Source of the DNA: Candidatus Zixiibacteriota bacterium
Lineage (GTDB): Bacteria > Zixibacteria > MSB-5A5 > UBA10806 > 4484-95
Direction of reading: 5' to 3'
DNA: 64,000 nucleotides
Assembly: GCA_029932605.1 (NCBI GenBank)
Contig: JAOZPT010000001.1
Span: 32,001-96,000, forward strand
Shown: one piece after another, positions 17,724 to 27,763 of the stretch
Numbering within the stretch: position 1 is the stretch's first letter
How the letters are laid out: each line of letters opens with the position of its first letter
Program-made: the position numbers and the translations under genes
Notes under the pieces: model-generated
Told to the model about the DNA's origin: nothing
Database searches by the model: none
What the model saw: the letters and a program-made list of their open reading frames with translations, nothing else

Positions 17724-19106
17724 ATGAGAAAGTGGCTGGTTATTTTAATAGCGGTTGTTTTTATCGCCACCGTTAACGCAGGTGGTTCCAAAGAGGTGTC
17801 CATTACCATTTATAACAATGACCTAGGGCTTGTTAAAGATGTCCGAAGTCTCGAGTTTAAAAGGGGAATCAATAATATCGATTTCGATGAGGTAGCCTCG
17901 CGTATTGACCCAACCAGTGTTAATTTTCGCTGTATTGATGATAAGAATGTAGCGGTGCTCGAGCAAAACTTTTTATATGATTTGGTTTCAACCGATGCTT
18001 TATTGAAGCGTTACCTTGGCAAAAATATCGAGGTTATTGCTGAGGATGACAGACGCTATCGGGGAGAGCTTCTCTCTTTTGATGGTAAAAATGTAATACT
18101 GGGTAGTGATGATGGCGAGGTAATGATGGTGTCGTTGGCTAAAATCGCCGATTACACATTCCCCTCACTTCCTGAGGGGCTAATGTTGAAACCCACACTG
18201 TGCTGGTTAGCCGACTCGCCATCTGGGGGAGCGAAACGATGTGAGGTAAGTTACCTTACAAACGGAATCAACTGGCATGCCGACTACGTGGCGGTGGCTT
18301 CAGCCGATGATAGACAGCTTGACCTGTCAGGTTGGGTGACTATCAACAACAAAAGCGGAGCCACTTATGAAGATGCGACATTGAAACTGGTCGCCGGGGA
18401 TGTCCATCGGGTTGAAGAGCGCCGTCGCCCCAGGATGGATCTGGCGGAGGCTAAGTTTAAAGGTGGGGCCGGCAGGCCACAGTTTGAAGAGGAAGAATTT
18501 TTCGAATACCATCTGTATTCACTCTCCAGACCGGCAACGATTAATGACAAAGAGATAAAACAGCTTTCACTATTTCCATCCACTCGCACCAAGGTTAAGA
18601 AGGTGTATATATTTGATGCTGCCAGACAGGTGTATTTTCGCACTGATGGTGACAAGATTAAGATTAAAGTCAATCTTGAGTTTGAAAATTCTGAAGAGGC
18701 CGGACTGGGTATACCTTTACCAAAAGGCAAAATAAGGGTTTACAAGGCTGATTTAAAAGGAGCACTTCAGTTTATAGGCGAGGATTTGATAGACCATACT
18801 CCCAAGGATGAAAAGGTGCGGGTATATCTGGGTGATGCTTTTGATATCACCGGTACTCGAAAGAAAACTAATATAGAAGACCTCGGCAAAGATAGGGTTC
18901 GTGAAAGTTATGAAATTGTCTTGAAAAATCATAAAAAAGAAGATATAGTGGTCACTGTGGTTGAGCATACTCGAGGCTGGAGGGAATGGGAGATAAAAAG
19001 GAGTAGTCTGGAATACAGGAAAATAGATAATTATAGAATCGAGTTTGACGTTGAAGTTGCTGCTGAAAGTGAGGCAACGCTAACCTATACAATTCAATAT
19101 TATTAA
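17724..19106 (+). CDS. DUF4139 domain-containing secreted protein
   Basis: Signal peptide, SITIYNNDLGLVKDVR, LEQNFLYDL, SYLTNGINWHADY, GLGIPLPKGKIRVY and IDHTPKDE; GAGGAGG SD. Confidence 0.85.
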   Translation: MRKWLVILIAVVFIATVNAGGSKEVSITIYNNDLGLVKDVRSLEFKRGINNIDFDEVASRIDPTSVNFRCIDDKNVAVLEQNFLYDLVSTDALLKRYLGKNIEVIAEDDRRYRGELLSFDGKNVILGSDDGEVMMVSLAKIADYTFPSLPEGLMLKPTLCWLADSPSGGAKRCEVSYLTNGINWHADYVAVASADDRQLDLSGWVTINNKSGATYEDATLKLVAGDVHRVEERRRPRMDLAEAKFKGGAGRPQFEEEEFFEYHLYSLSRPATINDKEIKQLSLFPSTRTKVKKVYIFDAARQVYFRTDGDKIKIKVNLEFENSEEAGLGIPLPKGKIRVYKADLKGALQFIGEDLIDHTPKDEKVRVYLGDAFDITGTRKKTNIEDLGKDRVRESYEIVLKNHKKEDIVVTVVEHTRGWREWEIKRSSLEYRKIDNYRIEFDVEVAAESEATLTYTIQYY

Positions 19107-19119
19107 TTTTGGAGGGATA

Positions 19120-20175
19120 ATGAATCAAGGATTGCAAGTAAAAAGGGCGTTTACGCTTGGAGCTTCGATGGTGATTTTGGCGCTGATACTTGGTGGTTGT
19201 GTCCCAAAAGAGATTAGAACATCAAGGATTGAACTAGGTACTGTGAAGAAGCCAAGAAATAACCCTGACCTTAACCGTGTAAAAAGGAATCTTGAAGAAG
19301 CGATGAAATTGTATCCGGATAATGCTGAGGTTTATCATCTCTGGGGAAGAGTTTATGCTATGGAAGGCAAGTATAAAGACATGGACATTGCTTTTACCAA
19401 GTCGGAGGAGTTGGATCCTAAGTTTGAAAAGGATAATGAATTTATAAGGCAGATAAACTGGGAAAAACTTTTTAACCAAGGGAAAGCCCTTGCACAAAAC
19501 GACGAACTCGATTCAGCCCTGGTGAGTTTTGAAAACAGTGCTATTTGCTGGCCCGAGAGGTATGAATCTTTGATAAATGCGTCGGTTTTAGCTCACCAGC
19601 TTGGACGTAACGAGGAAGCATACGAATTAAGTAAAAAAGCCTACGACATAGATTCCAATACGGTATTGGTCATGGAACAATATGCTTCAATGTGTATGGT
19701 TAATAATAAATATAATGAGGCAGAACCGGTTTACAAGCGAATTCTTGAAAAGGATCCCACCAATGCCGAGGTTATGTTCCAGCTTGGCAATATCTACCGA
19801 ATTGAAAACGATACCACTAAGGCTATAGAATATTATACTCAGGCTCTTGATATCGATAAGAACAACTCCGATGGTTGGTTCAATCTCGGCCTTATATATT
19901 TCCATAAGAAAGATTTCTGCATGGCTGCTGAGTGTTTCGGCCGTGTTTGTTCGCTTATTCCTGAAGATACGGATGCCAGAGTGGACTATTTGCTGTCGCT
20001 TGTCCAGTGTGGTAAGTTGGATACTGCTCGGTCCGAACTGGAGAAATTTACAATGGAACATCCTGATAACTGTGATGGTTGGGACCTTCTCTCACAGACA
20101 TATCTCAAACTGAAGATGAAAAAGGAAGCTAACGAAGCTTATAAAAAGTTCGAGAGTTGCAAAAAAGAACATTAG
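19120..20175 (+). CDS. Tetratricopeptide repeat lipoprotein
   Basis: Lipobox-like LGGC after a hydrophobic stretch; multiple TPR motifs (DPTNAEVMFQLG, NSDGWFNLG). Confidence 0.8.
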   Translation: MNQGLQVKRAFTLGASMVILALILGGCVPKEIRTSRIELGTVKKPRNNPDLNRVKRNLEEAMKLYPDNAEVYHLWGRVYAMEGKYKDMDIAFTKSEELDPKFEKDNEFIRQINWEKLFNQGKALAQNDELDSALVSFENSAICWPERYESLINASVLAHQLGRNEEAYELSKKAYDIDSNTVLVMEQYASMCMVNNKYNEAEPVYKRILEKDPTNAEVMFQLGNIYRIENDTTKAIEYYTQALDIDKNNSDGWFNLGLIYFHKKDFCMAAECFGRVCSLIPEDTDARVDYLLSLVQCGKLDTARSELEKFTMEHPDNCDGWDLLSQTYLKLKMKKEANEAYKKFESCKKEH

Positions 20176-20498
20176 GTTTTGATGTTATTAATATTTCTGA
20201 GGTTGGAACGCTAACTGAGGTTAGAGTAGAAAAGGCAAATAAATTATGTAAGGATACCGATAGCGCGAAAGCGACATGTATCCTGGTAGATGGTGAGGGT
20301 TAAGAAATTACATCTTAAAACATTACGTAACTTATTCTAGTAAGTGGGCCTTGGTGGTCTTGGAAAAAACTTATTTCGATTATATGACTTCAGATGTGAA
20401 ATATGTTGATTTGAGAGACGTTGTATTTCAAATTGAAGGCATTAACTACAAATGAGTTAATTCTTGGCTATAAGGTACTTATATCTAAATAGACTTAA

Positions 20499-20526
20499 GT
20501 AGGGGCGTATTGCAATACGCCCCTAC
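20499..20526. repeat. 28-bp perfect palindrome, GTAG-type REP
   Basis: GTAGGGGCGTATTGCAATACGCCCCTAC is its own reverse complement; related copy at 56806-56833. Confidence 0.85.
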
Positions 20527-20535
20527 AGATTTATT

Positions 20536-22938
20536 ATGTATGCAGAGGTAGCATTACCCGGCACAGGTTTCAAGACCTTTACATATATCATTCCCCCAAA
20601 GCTGAAATCATCGATAAGGCCGGGTGTACCGGTGATGGTTCCTCTTCGGAATTACTCAGCGGTCGGCGTTGTAATGGCGCTGAGCGATAAGAATCCTGCA
20701 AAAGAAAAAGAGTTAAAGGAAATCAGCGGCTTAATCGATCCGGTCTTCACTTTGACAGCAAAACACCTTACTCTGATTAACTGGATTGCCGATTATTACA
20801 TTTGTCCTGTTGGTGATGTCTTAAAAGCCTCATTCCCACCTGATGTAATCGGGCGGACAAAAATGAGGGTTTTTGCAAGCAAAAAGATTCCACATGAACC
20901 AAAATGGAATTATGTTTATGAAAGAATAAGGTCTAAGACCGAAGGCTATGCTTATAAAAAGAGCAAACCTATTGTTTCGGGGGTGTCAAATGCCCTTGTT
21001 AATAAAATGATAAAGGCTGGTTTTCTATACTTATCCGTTGATTACAGGGTTCAGAAACCGGTTGCCAGATTATTCGCTTGTATTAAGCCTGATATCGATA
21101 TCTCATCTTCAGGGCAACAGTTATCTTCTCGAAGGAGAGAACTTCTGGAGCTTATGTGGGGTTACCCGTCAGGCATGGCTGTTTCAAAGCTGGTTGCTTT
21201 AGGTTTTTCGAGAGCCTTGATCGAGGCTATGGCAAGAGATGGATTTTTAGAGATTAAAGCACAGTACGATAGTGCGATTGTATCGCCAAAAGATGATTTC
21301 TTAAAAGATTTCGTGTTAAATAAAGACCAACAAAAGGCGGTTGAATCGATTAACGAATCGCTGGAGAAGAATATCGTCAACACTTACCTGCTTTTTGGAA
21401 TAACTGGCTCTGGAAAAACGCAGGTTTATATAGAGGTTGCCCGTAAGGCATTGACCATGGGCAAATCAGTGTTGATACTTCTGCCTGAGATATCGTTAAC
21501 CCCACAGGCAATTAAGAGATTTTCTGAGTCATTAAGATGTCCAATTGGGATATGGCATTCAAGAGTCACTGTTGCTCAGCGTGTTGATATTTATAAGCGG
21601 GCCAAAAAAGGTGAGTTGAGAGTTATACTCGGTGTAAGGTCAGCGGTTTTTGCCCCGTTAGAGAATCTTGGCCTTGTGGTAATAGATGAGGAACAGGATG
21701 ATTTGTATAAACAGTCGGATCCGGCGCCCCGGTATAATGCTCGTGATGTTGCTTTGATGAAAGCGAAAATCGAAGGGGCAACCACTGTGATGGGTTCGGC
21801 AACACCGTCGATGGAGAGTTTTTACAATGCCGAAATAGGAAAGTATAAGCTTTTAAGGCTTCCTAAAAGATATGGTGGGGCTAAACTCCCCCGTGCTTAT
21901 GCTATCGATTTAAAAAACGTTGAGGTGAATAAAAAATATTGGCCATTGTCCGAGCCTTTCATTGATAGGATTTGTAATAACATCGCTGATGGCAAACAGG
22001 TGATTATCCTTCTTAATCGCCGTGGTTACTCGGGGTTATTATTATGCAAGGGATGTGGTTATATTGCGACCTGTCCAGATTGCCAGGTGGCAATGACATA
22101 TCATAAACCAGGCGGGCAATTGCGTTGTCATTTTTGTGGCCTGGCGGTTAAAGCTCCTACTATCTGTCCTGAGTGTAAGGGTGTATCCTTTGATTATCGT
22201 GGTATAGGCACCCAGAAATTAGAGGAATTGTTGATTGAGATTCTTGGTGAAAAAGGGATTATAAGAATGGATTCCGATTCCACCTCACGCAAGGGTGCCC
22301 TGGAGAAAATAATATCAACCTTTGAGGTTGGTGAAAAACCAGTTCTATTAGGTACCCGGATGGTAACAAAGGGCCATCATTTTCCTAAGGTTGGTCTGGT
22401 TGGCGTTGTTTTGGCAGATACCGGCTTGCACCTGCCGGATTTCAGGGCTTCGGAGAAAGTGTTTCAACTGTTGGTCCAGTTTGCCGGTCGTGCCGGACGG
22501 TCTGGTAACAGTGATGGCCAGGGTGAGTTTATTGTTCAAACTTTTGACCCTTCCTCGGGGATTTTAGAATTTGCCACCGGTCAGGATTATGAGTTATTTT
22601 ATCGCAAAGAGCTGTTACATCGCCGTGAACTTGGTTATCCGCCGTTTGGTAAAATAATACGAGTTGTGTTTTCAGGTAGCGATGGTTCTTATACCCGGTG
22701 GGTGGCAAGGAAATCAGCCGATGAATTTACCTCTAATTTAAAGACGGGCAAAATATTAGGGCCAGCGCCCACAAGAGTATTTCGGCTTGGGAAAAAATAT
22801 CACTACCAGGTTGTTTTAAAAGGTAAGTTTTCTGCCGATTTCAAAGAGTGGTTGAAAGGTTTTTTAGGTGGTGGGCACTCATGGCAGAAAAAGTCGGTTA
22901 TTATTAAGATCGATGTCGACCCGAGGGAGATGATATAG
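20536..22938 (+). CDS. priA: Primosomal protein N' (replication restart helicase)
   Basis: GITGSGKT, LLPEISLTPQ, DEEQD, SATPS, LNRRGY, four CxxC pairs, GRAGR, YPPF and IDVDP. Confidence 0.95.
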   Translation: MYAEVALPGTGFKTFTYIIPPKLKSSIRPGVPVMVPLRNYSAVGVVMALSDKNPAKEKELKEISGLIDPVFTLTAKHLTLINWIADYYICPVGDVLKASFPPDVIGRTKMRVFASKKIPHEPKWNYVYERIRSKTEGYAYKKSKPIVSGVSNALVNKMIKAGFLYLSVDYRVQKPVARLFACIKPDIDISSSGQQLSSRRRELLELMWGYPSGMAVSKLVALGFSRALIEAMARDGFLEIKAQYDSAIVSPKDDFLKDFVLNKDQQKAVESINESLEKNIVNTYLLFGITGSGKTQVYIEVARKALTMGKSVLILLPEISLTPQAIKRFSESLRCPIGIWHSRVTVAQRVDIYKRAKKGELRVILGVRSAVFAPLENLGLVVIDEEQDDLYKQSDPAPRYNARDVALMKAKIEGATTVMGSATPSMESFYNAEIGKYKLLRLPKRYGGAKLPRAYAIDLKNVEVNKKYWPLSEPFIDRICNNIADGKQVIILLNRRGYSGLLLCKGCGYIATCPDCQVAMTYHKPGGQLRCHFCGLAVKAPTICPECKGVSFDYRGIGTQKLEELLIEILGEKGIIRMDSDSTSRKGALEKIISTFEVGEKPVLLGTRMVTKGHHFPKVGLVGVVLADTGLHLPDFRASEKVFQLLVQFAGRAGRSGNSDGQGEFIVQTFDPSSGILEFATGQDYELFYRKELLHRRELGYPPFGKIIRVVFSGSDGSYTRWVARKSADEFTSNLKTGKILGPAPTRVFRLGKKYHYQVVLKGKFSADFKEWLKGFLGGGHSWQKKSVIIKIDVDPREMI

Positions 22939-22941
22939 CCC

Positions 22942-22970
22942 TTGACTGGTAGGTAGTAACCTTTTACATT
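22942..22970 (+). promoter_or_regulatory. Putative sigma70 promoter for the HD-purM-gpmI-lnt run
   Basis: TTGACT-N17-TACATT followed by GGAGG SD. Confidence 0.6.
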
Positions 22971-22991
22971 GAAGTTCATTATGGAGGCAAG

Positions 22992-23651
22992 TTGATTACT
23001 TTAAATGACGTAAAACAAAACGAAAAAGTGGCTTTGTTGATATCCAAAGCTGATGAATTTCTGGGTATCATCGGTTACACGGAGCATGGTGAGAGGCACA
23101 GTTCGCTGGCATCCAATATTGCCTATAACATTATGATTCGTCTTGGCAAGGGGGAGAAACGTGCCCAGCTTGCCGCTATTGCTGCCTATTTACATGATAT
23201 CGGCAACGTTATCAACCGTGACTACCATGCCCAGACGGCCTCGATTATAGCTATGAATATCCTTGATGAGATAGGTATGGAGTATAGTGATATTATCGAG
23301 GTCATCGCTGCTATTGGCAATCATGATGAAAAGGATGGTAGCCCCATTTCGGATATTTGTGCGGCGGTTATTTTGGCTGATAAGTCCGACGTTCATCAGT
23401 CACGTGTGCGCAATCCCGAATTCATCAAGACGGATATTCATGATCGGGTAAACTGGGCTGCCAAATCGTCATTTTTAAGAGTCGATGAGGTTAAGAAAAA
23501 GGTGATCTTGGAGATAAAGATCGATACTTCCGTATCCTCGGTAATGGAGTATTTTGAGATATTTTTATCACGAATGGTGGTTTGTCGTAGGGCGGCTGAA
23601 TTTTTAGGATTAAAGTTTGAACTTGAAATCAACGGGTATAAACTTCTTTGA
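22992..23651 (+). CDS. HD-domain phosphohydrolase
   Basis: GYTEHGERH, LHDIGN, IGNHDE, LADKSDVH and DIHDRVN. Confidence 0.85.
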   Translation: MITLNDVKQNEKVALLISKADEFLGIIGYTEHGERHSSLASNIAYNIMIRLGKGEKRAQLAAIAAYLHDIGNVINRDYHAQTASIIAMNILDEIGMEYSDIIEVIAAIGNHDEKDGSPISDICAAVILADKSDVHQSRVRNPEFIKTDIHDRVNWAAKSSFLRVDEVKKKVILEIKIDTSVSSVMEYFEIFLSRMVVCRRAAEFLGLKFELEINGYKLL

Positions 23652-24691
23652 AAAATCCTGCTTCTGAGTACGCTAAATCAGGCGTTGATATAAAAGCCTC
23701 TGATAAAGCCAAGTTGCTGATGAAAAAGCTGGTGGAGGGCACCTTTAATGGTAATGTTATCGGTGGCCATGGGGGTTTCGGCGGTTTGTATTCAATTAAG
23801 GAGCTTACCGGTGTTGACAAGATATTGGTAGGTTCAACAGATTCTGTTGGTACCAAACTGAAACTTGCGTTTATGACCGGCCGACACGACACAGTAGGGC
23901 AGGACCTGGTTAACCATTTAGTCAATGATATCTTGTGCTGTGGGGCTAAGCCGATGTTCTTTTTCGACTACTTAGGGCTTGGGAGTATTTCGCCTGATAC
24001 GGTTGTTGATATCGTAAAAGGCTTGGTTAAGGCTTGCGAGGAAAACAACACGGTATTGCTTGGGGGTGAAACCGCCGAGTTGCCCGGTTTTTACAACGAG
24101 GGTGAATATGACTTGGCTGGTTTTATCATTGGCTGGGTGGATAAAGATAGAATTATTGATGGCAAGTTAATTAAACCCGGGGATAAAATAATCGGTTTGG
24201 CCTCGTCTGGTCTTCATACAAACGGTTATTCATTGGCCAGACGGGCTTTTTTCGATATCGCTGGAATGAAACATGGCGATAAAATCGAGGAAACAGGCAC
24301 TGAGGTTACCACAGAGCTTATGAAGGTCCATTATTCATATTTGGATGTCGTTACGCCTTTGCTTGATTTAAGATTAATCAAGGGAATATCCCATATAACC
24401 GGTGGTGGTTTTGAGGGAAATATCAGAAGAATTATACCTGATGGTATCTCAGCAGTTATCAAAACAGAAACCTGGCCGGTGCCTGGGATATTTAAGGCTA
24501 TCCAGAGAATAGCTTCAGTTTCAGATTCTGAGATGTACAGGGTGTTTAATATGGGTATAGGAATGGTTTTAGTTTGTAATACTCAGGACAGCGGTAAGGT
24601 AATTTCCTTTATAAAAGATGCAAATATTGACGTTTATGAGATAGGATTTTGTGAGAAAGGGAGGCGAAGAGTGGTGGTTGAATTTGGTTAA
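23648..24691 (+). CDS. purM: Phosphoribosylformylglycinamidine cyclo-ligase
   Basis: YAKSGVDI, TDSVGTK, GGETAELPG, SSGLHTNGYSL, HITGGG and FNMGIG. Confidence 0.96.
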   Translation: MKNPASEYAKSGVDIKASDKAKLLMKKLVEGTFNGNVIGGHGGFGGLYSIKELTGVDKILVGSTDSVGTKLKLAFMTGRHDTVGQDLVNHLVNDILCCGAKPMFFFDYLGLGSISPDTVVDIVKGLVKACEENNTVLLGGETAELPGFYNEGEYDLAGFIIGWVDKDRIIDGKLIKPGDKIIGLASSGLHTNGYSLARRAFFDIAGMKHGDKIEETGTEVTTELMKVHYSYLDVVTPLLDLRLIKGISHITGGGFEGNIRRIIPDGISAVIKTETWPVPGIFKAIQRIASVSDSEMYRVFNMGIGMVLVCNTQDSGKVISFIKDANIDVYEIGFCEKGRRRVVVEFG

Positions 24692-26246
24692 CGATTCTCA
24701 TACAATCAGGCGTCCGATTATGCTTCTTATAATGGATGGATTTGGTTTGAGCCAATCCGATTATTATAATGCTATAAAAGCCGCTAACACACCGAATTTT
24801 GATAGATTGTGGGCTAAATATCCTCATACGGCCCTGGGCGCTTCAGGATTATCGGTAGGTCTTCCTGATGGCCAGATGGGTAATTCTGAGGTGGGCCATC
24901 TTAATTTAGGTGCTGGGCGAATCGTTTACCAGGAGGTTACCCGTATTGATAAGTCAATCAGCGATGGCAACTTCTTTAACAATCCGGTGCTCGTTAATCT
25001 TATAGATAGACTTAAAAATCAGGATAAACCGCTTCATTTAATGGGTCTTTTATCTGATGGTTGTGTTCATTCATCATTAGATCACCTCTATGCTATACTT
25101 GAACTTTGTCTAAAAGAAGGTTTGAAAAAAGTGTTTATCCATGCTTTTCTTGATGGTCGAGATACTTCCCCATACGGAGGTGCCGATTATATCAACCAGC
25201 TAATCGGGAAATGTAAAGAGATAGGTATCGGCAAGCTAATGACGGTGATCGGTAGGTATTATGCCATGGATCGGGATAAGAGATGGCAGAGGACACAGGT
25301 GGCATATAACCTTATCTGTAAGGGTATCGGGGAAAAAACGGATGATTTTATAAAAACCGTCAAACAGCACTATGACCGGCAAAACACTGATGAGTTTATG
25401 GAACCTTTAATATTCTCAGAAGCCTTAGGAGAAAATGGTCTTGTGCGTTCGGGTGAAGGTGTTATTTTCTTTAATTTCCGTGCCGATCGTGCCCGTCAGT
25501 TATGCCATGCTATAACAGATGATAAGTTTGACAATTTTGTTCGCCGTCCGAAAGTTATCGTGAATCTTGTTTCTCTGACGCATTACGATGATACTTTAAG
25601 GGCGGAGGTGGCTTTTCCCCAGGTAAAATTGGAGAAGATATTACCGGAGGTCATTTCAGAGGCTGGCCTAAAGCATTTGAAAATTGCTGAGACGGAAAAG
25701 TATCCTCATGTTACGTTCTTCTTTAATGGTGGCGTAGAGCGCACTCTTGAGGGTGAGGACAGGGTTTTAATCCCCTCGCCTAAAGTAGCTACATACGATC
25801 TGAAACCGGAGATGTCGGCACTGGAAGTCACCCAGGAGGTTTTAAAACGCATTGAATCTGGCAAGTATGATGTAATCATACTTAACTTTGCCAACTGTGA
25901 TATGGTTGGCCATACTGGTATATTTAAGGCGGCTATTAAGGCAGTTGAGGTAGTAGATAAGGGGTTGGGCGAGGTTGTTAACGCTGTTAGAGACGAAGGC
26001 GGTGTGGTGATGGTTACTGCCGACCATGGTAATGCCGAGGTTATGATGGGAAAAGATGGTAAGCCTTTTACTGCACATACGACCTCGCCGGTACCGTTTA
26101 TTCTCGTAGATGATGAATACAATGGTCCACTTAGAAGCGGCGGGATTTTAGCCGACGTGGCTCCAACCATAATAGAATATCTGGGTTTAAAACAGCCATC
26201 AGTGATGACCGGGGGGTCGCTTATAGAGAAGGTTAAAGTATCTTAG
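24684..26246 (+). CDS. gpmI: 2,3-bisphosphoglycerate-independent phosphoglycerate mutase
   Basis: GQMGNSEVGH, DGRDT, GRYYAMDRD, NFRADRARQ, AETEKYPHVTFFFNGG and TADHGNAE; start TTG 24684 or ATG 24720. Confidence 0.96.
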   Translation: MVNDSHTIRRPIMLLIMDGFGLSQSDYYNAIKAANTPNFDRLWAKYPHTALGASGLSVGLPDGQMGNSEVGHLNLGAGRIVYQEVTRIDKSISDGNFFNNPVLVNLIDRLKNQDKPLHLMGLLSDGCVHSSLDHLYAILELCLKEGLKKVFIHAFLDGRDTSPYGGADYINQLIGKCKEIGIGKLMTVIGRYYAMDRDKRWQRTQVAYNLICKGIGEKTDDFIKTVKQHYDRQNTDEFMEPLIFSEALGENGLVRSGEGVIFFNFRADRARQLCHAITDDKFDNFVRRPKVIVNLVSLTHYDDTLRAEVAFPQVKLEKILPEVISEAGLKHLKIAETEKYPHVTFFFNGGVERTLEGEDRVLIPSPKVATYDLKPEMSALEVTQEVLKRIESGKYDVIILNFANCDMVGHTGIFKAAIKAVEVVDKGLGEVVNAVRDEGGVVMVTADHGNAEVMMGKDGKPFTAHTTSPVPFILVDDEYNGPLRSGGILADVAPTIIEYLGLKQPSVMTGGSLIEKVKVS

Positions 26247-26257
26247 GGTTAGCCTGA

Positions 26258-27763
26258 GTGGTTATATCCCAAATAAAAAAAAAGGTCTTACTGGCAGCCA
26301 TTTCTGCGCTACTTACAGTATTTGCCTTCCCTCCGTATAAAACCGGTTTTTTTATTTATCTTTCTCCGCTTTTGTTACTATATGCTCTTGATGATATTTC
26401 ATCTAAAACGTCTTTTGTTATTGGTTATATTTGGGGGCTTGTGTTCAATCTTGGCATTTTATACGGCGTATTCTGGGCGACCATTCCCGGAACATTTGGC
26501 ATTCTTGCCATAATGTCTTTACTGCCGGCTATTATTTGCGCTATATACAAGTTCGTCTCCGCCAGGTCGAAAGTTTTAAGTTATATTATGTGGCCCTTGC
26601 TCTGGGTTGCCTGGGATTACCTTCGAACATTAACCCAGCTTAATTTCCCATGGGCGGATTACGGTTACACTCATAGTTATTATCTTGCCATGATTCAAAT
26701 TGCTGAGATATTTGGCGTCTATGGTATTTCACTGATGATACATATTGTCAATATCCTGTTATTTATATCGTTTAAATCAGATGTGATAGTTGTCAGGCGG
26801 CGGATTGCCTTTATAGTAGCGGTATTGTTGCCATGCGCATTTCTGGTTTATGGTTTATTCCGTTTGCCAGGTGAAGCGGAGGATGGCACATTGAAAGTCG
26901 CCATAGCCCAGGGTAATGTTACTCGTGACATAAAATGGAAAAAGGGAGGAGTAGAGTACAGCCTTAACCTATTTTCCCAGATGACTCGCCAAGCAGCGGG
27001 TAAAGGAGCTGATTTGGTTATCTGGCCTGAAACTGCTATCCCGTTTTATTTATTGCATGAACCAAATAAATTAAACCGGGTAAAAAAGCTTGTGGATAGC
27101 GCTGATGTAAGATTGTTGACCGGCACTCCAGAGTATTATAAGGTTGGAAAAAACGAGTATATTTATTTTAATGCTGCGGTTATGATTTCCCCCGCGGAAG
27201 ATTCAATACCTGTTTATGAGAAGATGAAGCTGGTGCCGTTTAGCGAGCGGATACCTTTTTCCGAAAGGTTTAAGAAGCTGAGAGATATTCACCTTGGCCA
27301 GGCGGATTTTTCCCCGGGAAGGTATATGACGATTTTCTCATTTGACGATATTAAATATGCAACCGTGATTTGTTTTGAGTCAGTTTTTCCCGGTTATTGT
27401 GCTGAATTTTGCCGGAAGGGAGCCCAGTTTTTGGTGGTTATCACGAATGACATGTGGTTTGGTCCATCATCGCTTCCATACCAACATGCTCAGATGTCGA
27501 TCTATCGAGCAATAGAAAATCGTCTACCTCTGGTTAGATGTGCTAACACTGGGATATCGATGTTCGTTGATCGATGGGGGAGAGTTTACAATCGCACAAA
27601 GATGTTTGAGAGAAAGCTGATAATGGGTACTATCATACCTGAACAATCTACGAGTATCTATAACCGCGTGGGTGATTTTTTGCCAATTTGTTGTATATTT
27701 GGTAGTATTCTGGTAATTGCCGTTGTGGTTTTTATGAAGGGGAGATATGATGGGAAATTTTAA
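26258..27763 (+). CDS. lnt: Apolipoprotein N-acyltransferase
   Basis: TM N-terminus; WPETA, KMKLVPFSE and ICFES (E-K-C triad); ITNDMWFG and RAIENR. Confidence 0.93.
   Translation: MVISQIKKKVLLAAISALLTVFAFPPYKTGFFIYLSPLLLLYALDDISSKTSFVIGYIWGLVFNLGILYGVFWATIPGTFGILAIMSLLPAIICAIYKFVSARSKVLSYIMWPLLWVAWDYLRTLTQLNFPWADYGYTHSYYLAMIQIAEIFGVYGISLMIHIVNILLFISFKSDVIVVRRRIAFIVAVLLPCAFLVYGLFRLPGEAEDGTLKVAIAQGNVTRDIKWKKGGVEYSLNLFSQMTRQAAGKGADLVIWPETAIPFYLLHEPNKLNRVKKLVDSADVRLLTGTPEYYKVGKNEYIYFNAAVMISPAEDSIPVYEKMKLVPFSERIPFSERFKKLRDIHLGQADFSPGRYMTIFSFDDIKYATVICFESVFPGYCAEFCRKGAQFLVVITNDMWFGPSSLPYQHAQMSIYRAIENRLPLVRCANTGISMFVDRWGRVYNRTKMFERKLIMGTIIPEQSTSIYNRVGDFLPICCIFGSILVIAVVVFMKGRYDGKF

Noticed and set aside
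20230..20310. c-di-GMP-I riboswitch (GGCAAA ... GAAA tetraloop)
   Set aside because: Spacing and the downstream GACGCAAA/P3 elements do not fit the consensus.
20405..20470. Glycine riboswitch (GAGAG...GAAGG)
   Set aside because: Lacks the CCGAAG and CUCUCAGG core and has no glycine-related gene downstream.
20536..22938. PriA inactivation (DEEQ instead of DEEH, GTRM instead of GTQM)
   Set aside because: Walker A, SAT, the Zn-binding cysteines and motif VI are intact, and DEEQ occurs in related SF2 helicases, so this is probably lineage variation.
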